From assembly GCA_963733675.1 (NCBI GenBank), contig CAVTET010000004.1:1-64000 (forward strand): 64,000 bases of DNA, read 5' to 3'. This stretch comes from an uncultured Methanosarcinaceae archaeon (lineage in GTDB: Archaea > Halobacteriota > Methanosarcinia > Methanosarcinales > Methanosarcinaceae). Of this stretch, positions 1 to 9,284 are shown piece by piece (positions within the stretch are counted from its first letter, which is position 1; the number at the start of each line of letters is the position of its first letter). The notes beneath the pieces are model-generated. The model was not told the DNA's origin. It did no database searches and worked only from the letters and a program-made list of their open reading frames with translations. A program made the translations under genes and the position numbers.

Positions 1-79
1 ACTATTAATAATACATCCATAATTTGCAAGACCTTATATGAATTGAGCTAATTCCGCCTAAAATCGGTCTGCGTAATTA

Positions 80-631
80 TTGGAAGATAACAACACTCGC
101 AAAAACTTGAAAAATATTAGATTTTATTTCGAAGACATTAAGTTAAATACGTGTGGAAAATCATTAGATATACTCCTTATTGAGCGTCTTCTTACCGAGC
201 ATCCTCTTAAAAATTCTATGCGTGTAAAAAAATCTTTTGTTCAGCTGTTCCTGTCATCCTCCTTTTTTGATATGTGCATAAAAACGGACGTTGAAACATT
301 GTATGCCCGGGCTTCTGAACTTTACAAGTTAGGGGAACTCTTTAATGAAGAGCAATATATCAAAAATTTGATTGCTGTGGAACAAAGTTTCAAAGAATTG
401 ATTCATGAAGTTTACATTAAATGTATTAGAAGGATTTGGAAAATTCATAATATTAAACAAATTGTTGACAGTGAATACCCAAAAGATCCATTGACATTAG
501 ACTTGTTTCAAAACTTTTCAGAATATTTTTTGAGTGTGGAAATATCAAAAGAAACATTCGAACGAATGTTAAAAGAAATACCATCATCAATGGAAATAAA
601 TCACATGAAGAAAAAACTAATCGAATTATAA
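80..631 (+). pseudogene. Middle fragment of a frameshifted wHTH-regulator-like gene of the integrated element
   Basis: Upstream frames give degraded HNLQDL.*IELIPPKIGLRNYWKIT; the segment FVQLFLSSSFF resembles FKEMLKLSPVFF in ORF 53425-54228. Confidence 0.45.
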
Positions 632-636
632 AAGAG

Positions 637-1056
637 TTGTCTATAAAAATATCAAATGAAATAATCCCAAAAATGATGAAACAGATACATGAAAAGTCTC
701 CAGAAATGCTCAACGAAGAGTTGCATAAAATGCCCCAAGAGATATTGAATAAGACTTCTGAAGAGATATTCAAAAAAATAATGGAAAGACTTCCTGAAAT
801 ATTGAGCGACAAAATAATTAGAATAAAATATTACCACGAAATAAATACGGTAACTTCAGATCTCATTTTCAACCACTGCTTTCAGAGAGACGTCATGGAT
901 GGTACCTCCTCCCCCGAAGAAAGAGAGTTCGTTCATAAAATAAATGAATTAATTTCTATTCATAAAGAAAAGGACCCAACAACTGGACTTAAAGAATTAG
1001 ATAAACTTTATAGTAATTATTTCGAAAAATGCCAGGAAAAAATTATTAGCCCATAA
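637..1056 (+). pseudogene. Probable C-terminal fragment of the same gene (different frame), or a separate hypothetical protein
   Basis: FNHCFQRDVMDGTSSPEEREFV resembles FKFCVGIDMLYGKLSDEAKNYW at the end of ORF 53425-54228. Confidence 0.4.
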
Positions 1057-1236
1057 TGATTGCAAAATAGTTATTTTCAGTTTTAATCATCGTCTCTTTA
1101 AGCCCACAGATTAAGCCATGACAAGCCCGAGCAACCTGCATTGATAAAACAAATTTAGACTACAACTTCAAGCCAGAAAAATATGGGCTAAAATAAGAAT
1201 TCCTTAAAATAAAATCCATTAAAAATTATATATAAA

Positions 1237-2373
1237 TCATTTTCCAGCTTTAAGCATCATCTCTTTCAGCTTAGAGATTTCTTCTAGCTCCTGTTTTAAT
1301 GTATTTTTCATTTCTCTAATTTCGTCTAGATCTGCGAGTTGCATATAATCGGTTTTTACGGATTCTACTGTTGTTGCAGTTTCCTGCGTAAGTGGCAGCC
1401 CACATTTAAAACAAAATAAAGCATTTTCTGGATTTATTTCCTTACAACGTGAGCATTTATTAACAATGAATTTTTTGGTAGCTTCTGCAGTCTCGATTCC
1501 ATGCAACTTAAGTATAGCATTATCCACATCTCGGCCTGACATATGCACATATATACTCGCCATATTACTTGATTTTGTCCAGCCTAAATATTCTTTCAAA
1601 AGTTGTTCAGGTAATTGTTCAGCTAAGTGGGTTGCTCTGGCATGCCTAAAAGCATGTGGATAAACTCTTTTTGGCTGGATAGCTGCTCTACTTGCTATTT
1701 TGTGTAGTTGATCTGCAAGTCCTACAAATGTGACGACACTAAAAGGAGAATTAGTCGAACAGAATAAGTAAGCATCAAGATCATTCTTTAATGGATGCGT
1801 GTCAATCCACTGTTTAAGGTAAGATGAAGCTAATACAAGCCTAACGCGTCGACTTCCTGTTTTCCCTTTTTGGATATTGAGGATTGCCCCATTCTCGTCA
1901 AAAGTCACATGTTTAAGTTGAACTGTTAGTAATTCCCCCCTTCTAGCTCCGCTTTCATAAAAAGTAGCAATTATAGCCCGATCTCTGTTACTTCGACATG
2001 AATCAATTAATTTTTCAATTTCTTCGCGAGTCAAAATATCTTCGGGGATTTTCCCATTTTTTAGCGTTCGTAACTTTATTACGGCTCCTAGTTCATGATT
2101 TATAGAGGTCAAGAATTTTTTCAAAACTGTTCTAATTCGTTGCTGTGTACCAGGTGAGTATTTAACGGCCTTACCAGCTTTGATGTATGTATAGGCATTT
2201 ATAAAATCCAGATAATCGTAAACATCGTCTGTTGTAAACTCCTTTAATTCTCGATCTCCACACCATTCTATGAACTTTATAAGTGTATATTCAGCAGTTG
2301 CAATTGTCTCTTCCGTCAGTCCATCTGCTTGGCACTTCCTTAAGTAATCTTTTAAGATCTTCGAATTACTCAT
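1237..2373 (-). CDS. Tyrosine recombinase/integrase with C-terminal zinc ribbon and coiled-coil tail
   Basis: Catalytic motifs ESGARRGE, KGKTG, PHAFRHARAT, LGW, IYVH; CxxC...CxxC (CSRC/CFKC). Confidence 0.92.
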   Translation of the reverse strand: MSNSKILKDYLRKCQADGLTEETIATAEYTLIKFIEWCGDRELKEFTTDDVYDYLDFINAYTYIKAGKAVKYSPGTQQRIRTVLKKFLTSINHELGAVIKLRTLKNGKIPEDILTREEIEKLIDSCRSNRDRAIIATFYESGARRGELLTVQLKHVTFDENGAILNIQKGKTGSRRVRLVLASSYLKQWIDTHPLKNDLDAYLFCSTNSPFSVVTFVGLADQLHKIASRAAIQPKRVYPHAFRHARATHLAEQLPEQLLKEYLGWTKSSNMASIYVHMSGRDVDNAILKLHGIETAEATKKFIVNKCSRCKEINPENALFCFKCGLPLTQETATTVESVKTDYMQLADLDEIREMKNTLKQELEEISKLKEMMLKAGK

Positions 2374-2415
2374 ACTAACTTAATAGAATTTATCCTAGAT
2401 AAACAATACAGTTAT

Positions 2416-2631
2416 TTATGTTAGTTCAGCTCCAACAAAAAGATGTACATGATCACCATCACTACCAATTACCTCAAACTCAAAATGGTACCTTATATCA
2501 ATTTCAAAGTAGATATATTTCAAATAGTTGATGATGTTATTGTATATCAGAAATTATTTTTGATGCCTCATACCAAAAATATTGAGATATCTTAATTTCT
2601 AGATGCAATGGTTTTCATGATACAGTTCCAT
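2416..2631 (-). pseudogene. tnpA: IS200/IS605 TnpA (HUH Y1 transposase) N-terminal remnant
   Basis: Translation MELYHENHCI*KLRY...FEFEVIGSDGDHVHLFVGAE contains the HUH motif DHVHL and two internal stops; truncated after the motif. Confidence 0.75.
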
Positions 2632-2832
2632 TTCATAATGTAAAAATGATTAAAAATATAGTTGTGGAGTATTCGACTGGAATAAATGTGATAAAACAGT
2701 TATCTAGAGTTAATCCCATAAATTAATTCCCCCAAACGAAATGAGAAAAATCTTTCACTCCCGAAGTGAAATTCAGGGACCACAACGCTGAAAATATATA
2801 ACAAAGCTGACTTCCTAGTGGGTTAATTAGCA

Positions 2833-3081
2833 CTATTGAATTTCAGCTGTAACTTCAAGAATTTCCTGAGCAATTTTGATGAGCCTAAACCATGTATTAA
2901 TAGCTGAGCGAAGGGAGACTGGATCTTCGGCTTTTATTCTCAGTACCATATTTTTTGCGTCCTTAAGAAACAAATATATTTTAGATCTTCCTGAAAAATA
3001 ATCATTAAGCTCGGGCAGCACAACCCTATAAATAGATTCTGCATTTTCGGTTTCAAAAGTGAATTCTGCGAAAAGTATCAG
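2833..3081 (-). CDS. pcc1: KEOPS complex subunit Pcc1 (probable CTG start)
   Basis: LRIKAEDPVSLRSAINTWFRL motif; frame extends to a CTG at 3081 behind a GGAGG RBS; follows the Brix gene. Confidence 0.8.
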   Translation of the reverse strand: MILFAEFTFETENAESIYRVVLPELNDYFSGRSKIYLFLKDAKNMVLRIKAEDPVSLRSAINTWFRLIKIAQEILEVTAEIQ

Positions 3082-3193
3082 GGAATTCCTCCTTGTAAAA
3101 TTTGTTTTTCAAAATGAACCCAAAAAAAGAACTTGCAACTTTGTTTTTTAAATCGATTTTTAAAAATTATGCTCAAAAATAAGGGGTTCGAGG

Positions 3194-3667
3194 TCAGTAT
3201 TTTTTAAAACCTTTGATACTAAGACTAAATAGACACTTCCCGCTACCCATGAAATAAATATCTTTCCCTTCTATAACTATCAAAATGGAACGAGAAGTAA
3301 ATTTATCCATTTTATCGCTTTCAATCCTTTTGAATTGGAAAAAAAACTCAAAAGCTTCTGCAATCTCTCCCTGGCCTATGAGCATGGGCTTAACATCTGA
3401 AAACCGATAAGAATCGATTATTTGAGAATACCAGTCCACAAATCTGAGAGAAAAAAGAAGCTTTCTGCTTCCATCATAAAAACTGAGTTCCCCAGGATTT
3501 CCATGGTACTCCCCTATGACTATGAGGGGCCCACTTTGCGTGAACTCCATAAGTTCCAGCATGCCCATTTTTCCACGTGTTATGCGTCTACAGGATATAA
3601 ACCTCGAAAGCAACTTGCAAAGCTTCCGGGTCTTTGCAGAAGGTTTTCGAGAAGAGGTAATCAACAT
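3194..3667 (-). CDS. Brix-domain (Imp4-like) ribosome biogenesis protein
   Basis: N-terminal [22 protein letters not shown] and GNP motifs; adjacent to pcc1. Confidence 0.85.
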   Translation of the reverse strand: MLITSSRKPSAKTRKLCKLLSRFISCRRITRGKMGMLELMEFTQSGPLIVIGEYHGNPGELSFYDGSRKLLFSLRFVDWYSQIIDSYRFSDVKPMLIGQGEIAEAFEFFFQFKRIESDKMDKFTSRSILIVIEGKDIYFMGSGKCLFSLSIKGFKKY

Positions 3668-3884
3668 ACTCCTTCTGATAAGGTGAGAGTATTTTTTACT
3701 TTCGCTCTGTTATACAACTATTTTTATCTTAACTAATCAGATTTTGAAATCAAAGATTACGAACTAGTGAAATGACAGATCTAATTCTTTAGCCTCATTT
3801 AAATTTGATGGCCAACATGGAACAGTCTCAAATAAATGAACCGATCCCCCCCTAATTTCTTTTGAAAATTGAATCCGTCGTTAT

Positions 3885-4229
3885 TTGGCTAGGAAGTTTG
3901 TTCTAATTTTGGTTCTCAAAATAGTCTACATAATTCTCAATGAATCGACAATTAGTGCCAAAATCCGTTTTGATTACGGTTGTTAAATTGGTTTTTTCGG
4001 CAATTTCACTGCCTCAAAAAATGGATTGATCTAGAATGATCAAAAGAGTTAACAGTCTTGTGGTTTATACACTCATAAATGTTCTTCCATTGCTAATATT
4101 CTCAGCATATGCAGTGAAAAGCAGCATCATTTTTTAGCTAGAGATTATGGATTTTTGGCCTAAAAGTTGGTTATATCATAAAAATGTGATGTTTCTACAT
4201 CTGAATTAACAAGTAATTTTTTGGGTTCC
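3885..4229. repeat. Dispersed ~340-bp non-coding repeat, copy 1 of 3
   Basis: Colinear with 8369-8719 and 31804-32157; anchors GGAAGTTTGTTCTAATTTTGGTT and AACAAGT(G/A)A(C/T)TTTT..GGTTCC. Confidence 0.75.
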
Positions 4230-4374
4230 GTTGCAAAAATATTATTTCTGCAACTTGACACTATAATTTTCATCTTTATGTGTCATTTTCTTTCTAATGA
4301 AAATGATTAACTTTCCTAATTGTGAAGGTTTCTTTCTGATTTTGCAAGAAAGCCAGATTTTTTGCAACGGAACC
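4224..4374. mobile_element. 151-bp MITE with IS6-like TIRs (GGTTCCGTTGCAAAAA), copy 1
   Basis: 16-bp terminal inverted repeats; near-identical inverted copies at 5892 and 6097. Confidence 0.85.
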
Positions 4375-4526
4375 CCATTTTCGATAAAATTTTCGCCACT
4401 ATATATTAACCTTCTTCCATATAGATCCACCATTTACTGTAGAACAATATAGTTCTATGTAGTTTTCGAGAATTTAGATTGCTATTAAGTGAGCTTTGAA
4501 GTTAGTTTGACGGTTAACCACACGAA

Positions 4527-4919
4527 CTACACAATGTGAGTGATACGTGTTATCACCCGTGTTATAAAGTTACTATTTGAATCATTTTTTAAAGTCCCGA
4601 CAACAGGAAAACCCATAAGTGCTCCAGGTCCATGTGCTGCCTTGCTAATTTCTTCGGTGAGGTCCCTTCCTGCATGGTGCCCCTTATGTTCGCCATTTTT
4701 CCAAAGATAGCTATTAGAGACGTCATAGACAATGCCTTGATCGGCAACGTAAGCCGCCTTCATATTTTTACCATTGTACTTTGCAAGTTCTTCAAGTGTA
4801 AATTCTTTTATTTTCGGTGTCTTTGTCACATTATGCATTTCAGCAGCTGCACTTACTATCGCAGCTGTCATTGATACTACAAAAAGGACCAACAGCAAAA
4901 TAGCCAGTACCTTTTTCAT
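4527..4919 (-). CDS. Secreted cytochrome b5-like heme/steroid-binding domain protein
   Basis: Signal peptide MKKVLAILLLVLFVV; FTLEELAKYNG, GIVYDVS, HHAGRDLT, HG motifs. Confidence 0.85.
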   Translation of the reverse strand: MKKVLAILLLVLFVVSMTAAIVSAAAEMHNVTKTPKIKEFTLEELAKYNGKNMKAAYVADQGIVYDVSNSYLWKNGEHKGHHAGRDLTEEISKAAHGPGALMGFPVVGTLKNDSNSNFITRVITRITHIV

Positions 4920-5556
4920 TCTAATAGATGATTGTTTCAACAATTATTTCACTCCTTTATGACTAAAATTAGAAATTATCTTGGAATTTGTTTTTGATAA
5001 CTATTCAAACTACCAAAAATTCGTTAATCGATATCGATTCTAGCACACCAACAGATTTTAATGAACTACAAAACTTACTTAGTTTGTTGGTTATTTTAAA
5101 TTAATTATAAAAAAAATATTGTCTGAATAAAATTTAGTTCCCCATAAAATCTTTTAATGCGAGACAATAATTAAATATTGATACTATTTTATTAATAGTT
5201 CCTGAATAAAGCTTACTTCAGCACGAAACATTTTAAAAATCAACTTCAATTTAATATGCATTAAATTTTTTAATCATTGTAAACAGATAGGATACCAAGC
5301 CAATAGTTTTGCTGGCAAAGTTTCCGCTTTTTTTGTTTTCAATCATGCACAGATTTCATAGCAAAAACTATGATTATCATATAGATCAGATAGGAATTAT
5401 GTGATTGAACCGAGAATCAGCATCATCATATCTAAAATTATATATAGAAATATAAATTGTATAACAATTATTTGAAATAAAAGTTTTTGTTGCTCTTGAT
5501 TTTTGATTTCAAGTGATTAAGCTTCAAAATTAAAAGTATGGAAAGGCATGTAAAAA

Positions 5557-5676
5557 CTACATCTTTTTACTCTTTTCTTTATTTTTTCGATTAGCATAGT
5601 ATTTTTTTATCTTGCTAGCTGCTGCAGCCACCACTGCTGCTGCAGCTGTTACTGTCGCTATAACCAATAATGCCAT
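5557..5676 (-). CDS. Unannotated 39-aa Ala-rich hydrophobic peptide with basic tail (MALLVIATVTAAAAVVAAAASKIKKYYANRKNKEKSKKM)
   Basis: AAGGAG RBS; paralog with conserved reading frame at 60303-60455. Confidence 0.6.
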   Translation of the reverse strand: MALLVIATVTAAAAVVAAAASKIKKYYANRKNKEKSKKM

Positions 5677-5891
5677 AGAGTTACTCACTCCTTAATTTTA
5701 ACTTCTTGGAGGATGAAGTTCGAAAAAGTAAATTGGCATCCATTTTTGAAGTAACGGAGTGATGATGAATTAATTAGGGAAACAAAAGAATTTATTTCCG
5801 ATGCTTTATATAAATATATTACTTAACATTATACAAATAGATGATAATAAAGACAAATTATTGTGTTTTTAAGAAGCGCTGTGATTAAACA

Positions 5892-6042
5892 GATTCCGTT
5901 GCAAAAAATCTGGCTTTCTTGCAAAATCAGAAAGAAACCTTCACAATTAGGAAAGTTAATCATTTTCATTAGAAAGAAAATGACACATAAAGATGAAAAT
6001 TATAGTGTCAAGTTGCAGAAATAATATTTTTGCAACGGAACT
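5892..6042. mobile_element. 151-bp MITE copy 2 (inverted relative to copy 1)
   Basis: Reverse complement of 4224-4374 apart from terminal bases. Confidence 0.85.
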
Positions 6043-6096
6043 ATATACAACTTATTTTTTAGCGCGATTATCCTTATCTATAATATAAACATTATT

Positions 6097-6247
6097 GGTT
6101 CCGTTGCAAAAAATCTGGCTTTCTTGCAAAATCAGAAAGAAACCTTCACAATTAGGAAAGTTAATCATTTTCATTAGAAAGAAAATGATACATAAAGGTG
6201 AAAATTATAGTGTCAAAATGCAGAAATATTATTTTTGCAACGGAACC
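6097..6247. mobile_element. 151-bp MITE copy 3; an extra solo TIR lies at 6378-6393
   Basis: Direct copy of 5892-6042 with a few substitutions. Confidence 0.85.
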
Positions 6248-6525
6248 TAAATTACTCTGTTCTTAATGAAGTCAAATACATTAATCAATTGTTTGATATA
6301 GTTTTATAATGTTAGTGCATTTTCTTTGAATATTCTGATTTTTATTCATTACCTATAGATTACATATTTTTTTGAATTTTTTGCAACGGAACCAATAATA
6401 TTTATAGTCACCTTCACTAAGATTTAATGAGCAAATTTAGGTTGGCTGATTTTAATTAAACATCGCTATTAACCATGTTTATTTCTTTTTAATCAGTTAG
6501 TAATCCAAAGTATCAATCAACTGTT

Positions 6526-7782
6526 TTAGAACTTCCCACGGCCCAGTTGAACATGTGCTCGGGCCAAATGTCCGGCAGCTTGGGCTCCTATGAGAGAAAT
6601 TTCTCCTGCAAGCACAGCAGAAGCTACTATCTCTGCAAATTTTCGAGAATTAGCTCCAGGAATTTCTCCGGCCCCTGAAACATCAAGGATATTAAGGCAA
6701 TCTCTTTGAGTTCCAAGGCCAGTCCCTCCTCCTACGGTCCCCACAGGCAATGTAGGCAAGGTAACAGCGCAGTGAATTTCGTCATACTTCGTTAGTTCCA
6801 TACTCGTAATCGCAGTGCTGCCTTCAACAACATGAGCTGCGTCTTGTCCACAGGCTATGTAAATGGCAGCTATAATATTCGCAGCATGGGCATTGAAGCC
6901 AAGTGATCCTGCTCTTGCAGAGCCTAAAAGGTTTTTGCTGTAATTTACCTCAAACATGGCATCTGGTGTGCATTTTAAGGTTTCTTTGATGATTTCTTTT
7001 GGAATAGTAACGTCAGCTACAACAGTCTTCCCTCTTCCAAGAATTGTATTTATAGAGGCCGGTTTTTTATCTGTACACATGTTTCCTGAAAGGGAAATAG
7101 CCTGTGCTCCAAATTCGTCTTCTATCAGATGTAGTACTGCATCAGTAGCTATAGTCACCATGTTCATACCCATGGCATCTTTTGTATCATATGAGAATCT
7201 AAGGTACACATAAGTACCTGTCACGAAGGGCTTTACAGCAATTAGCTTTCCAAAACGAGTCGTCTTTTCAGCAATTATTTTCATTTGGTCGAAAATTTCT
7301 GGACGCTTCACCCACTCATAGAATTTTTTCGTCCTTTCTATGCTATCAAGCTTAAAAACAGGCGCTCTAGTCATCTCGTCTTCAAAAATTCTTACATTTG
7401 CTCCCCCTGACTTTGTGATGACCGAACATCCCCGATTTACACTGGCAACAAGCCCCCCTTCAGTTGTAGCAAGAGGGATATAATATTCAGCGTTTACATA
7501 TTCTCCCTTAATTTTTAAAAGCCCAGCAACTCCAAGAGGAACTTGAACTGCACCTATCATATTTTCAATATTCTTCATTTTTGCAGTTTCCACATCAAGG
7601 GAAAAATTCTGAATATGCTCGAATTCGAGTTTTGTAAACTTCTGTATTGCAAGCCTCCGAAGTTTTACCGACGTTAGTGGATCTGTAAACTCTTCAATCT
7701 TGCGAAAAGCTATATCCCCATCAAGGACTTTCTTTAAAAGAAGTTTCTCTTCTTCATTTAGTTCATAGTCTTCTTGGAGCAT
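6526..7782 (-). CDS. hmgA: HMG-CoA reductase (NADPH, class I)
   Basis: ENMIG, PLATTEG, DAMGMNM, GTVGGGT motifs. Confidence 0.96.
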   Translation of the reverse strand: MLQEDYELNEEEKLLLKKVLDGDIAFRKIEEFTDPLTSVKLRRLAIQKFTKLEFEHIQNFSLDVETAKMKNIENMIGAVQVPLGVAGLLKIKGEYVNAEYYIPLATTEGGLVASVNRGCSVITKSGGANVRIFEDEMTRAPVFKLDSIERTKKFYEWVKRPEIFDQMKIIAEKTTRFGKLIAVKPFVTGTYVYLRFSYDTKDAMGMNMVTIATDAVLHLIEDEFGAQAISLSGNMCTDKKPASINTILGRGKTVVADVTIPKEIIKETLKCTPDAMFEVNYSKNLLGSARAGSLGFNAHAANIIAAIYIACGQDAAHVVEGSTAITSMELTKYDEIHCAVTLPTLPVGTVGGGTGLGTQRDCLNILDVSGAGEIPGANSRKFAEIVASAVLAGEISLIGAQAAGHLARAHVQLGRGKF

Positions 7783-7961
7783 AAAATCACCAATTAAATT
7801 TTTTTCGTATAATTTTGCCTTTATTCATTAACATCAATTGTCTGAGGAATTGAAATTCATAGTTACTTTTATAAATTATGCAACATTAACCGAATATTTG
7901 AAAATATAGTTCCCATTATTTAGATGGCGAAATGCAATATTCATTTTGATGCCTATTTTAT

Positions 7962-8081
7962 TAAGACTTACGCAATTGAATTGGAACAAAATGGCAACAT
8001 TAAACACTTAATAGTCTAAGTCTAAATGATTATTGAGAGGCCAGATGTACTTTATTTCATCCTTAAACTACGTAAGTCCTA
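7962..8081. mobile_element. Degenerate ~120-bp MITE with TAGGACTTACGCA-type TIRs
   Basis: TAAGACTTACGCAATT ... AACTACGTAAGTCCTA imperfect inverted ends. Confidence 0.55.
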
Positions 8082-8368
8082 TTCCTATTAAAATTCATTC
8101 CCACCTTAATTATGCAAATATTGGCATATAATCCGTTCCATAAACTTGATTTTCTTGCTTTCTTTATTATAGTATCTGAAAAATTGTCAACGTCTGTTTA
8201 ATTTTCACCATCTTTGTCGATTCAAATTTTCCCATTTTTTGATATAAATTTGAATCAACTTTTAATGGATTCACTCAAAACAAATATGAAAACATCTAAA
8301 TTACAGGCTCAGATAGATAAAAATCTGCTCCACCTTAATTCCCTTTGAACATTGGCTCCATTGTTATT

Positions 8369-8719
8369 TTGGGCAGGAAGTTTGTTCTAATTTTGGTTTT
8401 TCAAAGCCGTCTAAAAAATAATGAGTGAATTGTCATCTGAGGCTCAAATGTGACTTTTATCAAGGATGCCAAATTGACCTGTTAGGCAATTCCAATGCCA
8501 AATAAATTGGTGATTAAAATTGGCAAAAATGGTAACCAGATCTTGTGATTCAGATATTAACAAATATTTTTTCATTGCTACTATCTTCAGTATATCCGGT
8601 GAAAAAAGAAGTAACTTTTTGAGAAAAATGATAATGGAATTTTCATCCTTAAAGGTTAAGTTACATCAGAAAATGTGGTGTTATTGCGTGTGATGCAACA
8701 AGTGACTTTTAGGTTCCTA
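8369..8719. repeat. Dispersed ~340-bp non-coding repeat, copy 2 of 3
   Basis: Colinear similarity to 3885-4229 and 31804-32157. Confidence 0.75.
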
Positions 8720-9284
8720 GGTATAATTCACCGATACTTCCACCTTTATTTTACATATCATTACGTGATGGTTTCAATTCATTATGTAATGGTTTCAATT
8801 TTTTCATACTTTTTAAGACTACAAATTCCAGACAATACTCCGAATGCATTCGATAACCATAATAGTATTATTTAAGACTTCCAGTTATATTGTCAGATTT
8901 TACTAGTATACTAGTATTATACTTTCAGTTGCTCTTAATATAACAGTATTTTTGCTATGCAAGGATATGAATTTCCCCGTTAGTTCTAACTTTTGAGGAA
9001 TCTTCAATAACATAAAGCTGCTAAAGAGCCAGATAAACAACATTCAAGAGAATATATTTTTATTGAAAACATATCTCTTTTCACTTTCCACGGATGTATA
9101 AAAGAGTACCATCTATTTTCTCAACATACAGTAGCTTAAAAATTAATCTAACTTTCAATGAATAAGTGAGCAAATAAGCAAACAAATTCTACATGTGATA
9201 ACATCGACAGGATGTCGGGTACATACAAAATTTAAGAAATATTTTTAAGTTAGGGAATCTTGAAAGTCATCGTAAAACTTATAC

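Larger units (their letters stand above)
1..2415. mobile_element. Right-hand part of an integrated element (degraded regulator-like gene converging on a tyrosine integrase), cut by the window edge
   Basis: Intact integrase at 1237-2373 converging on fragments resembling the regulator at 53425-54228; same layout as the element at 43795-55734. No att site identified, so the right boundary is approximate. Confidence 0.55.

Noticed and set aside
4242-4433. 63-aa ORF, and similarly 8675-8875 and 32094-32387
   Set aside because: They lie within or start inside MITE/repeat sequence and are not conserved between copies.
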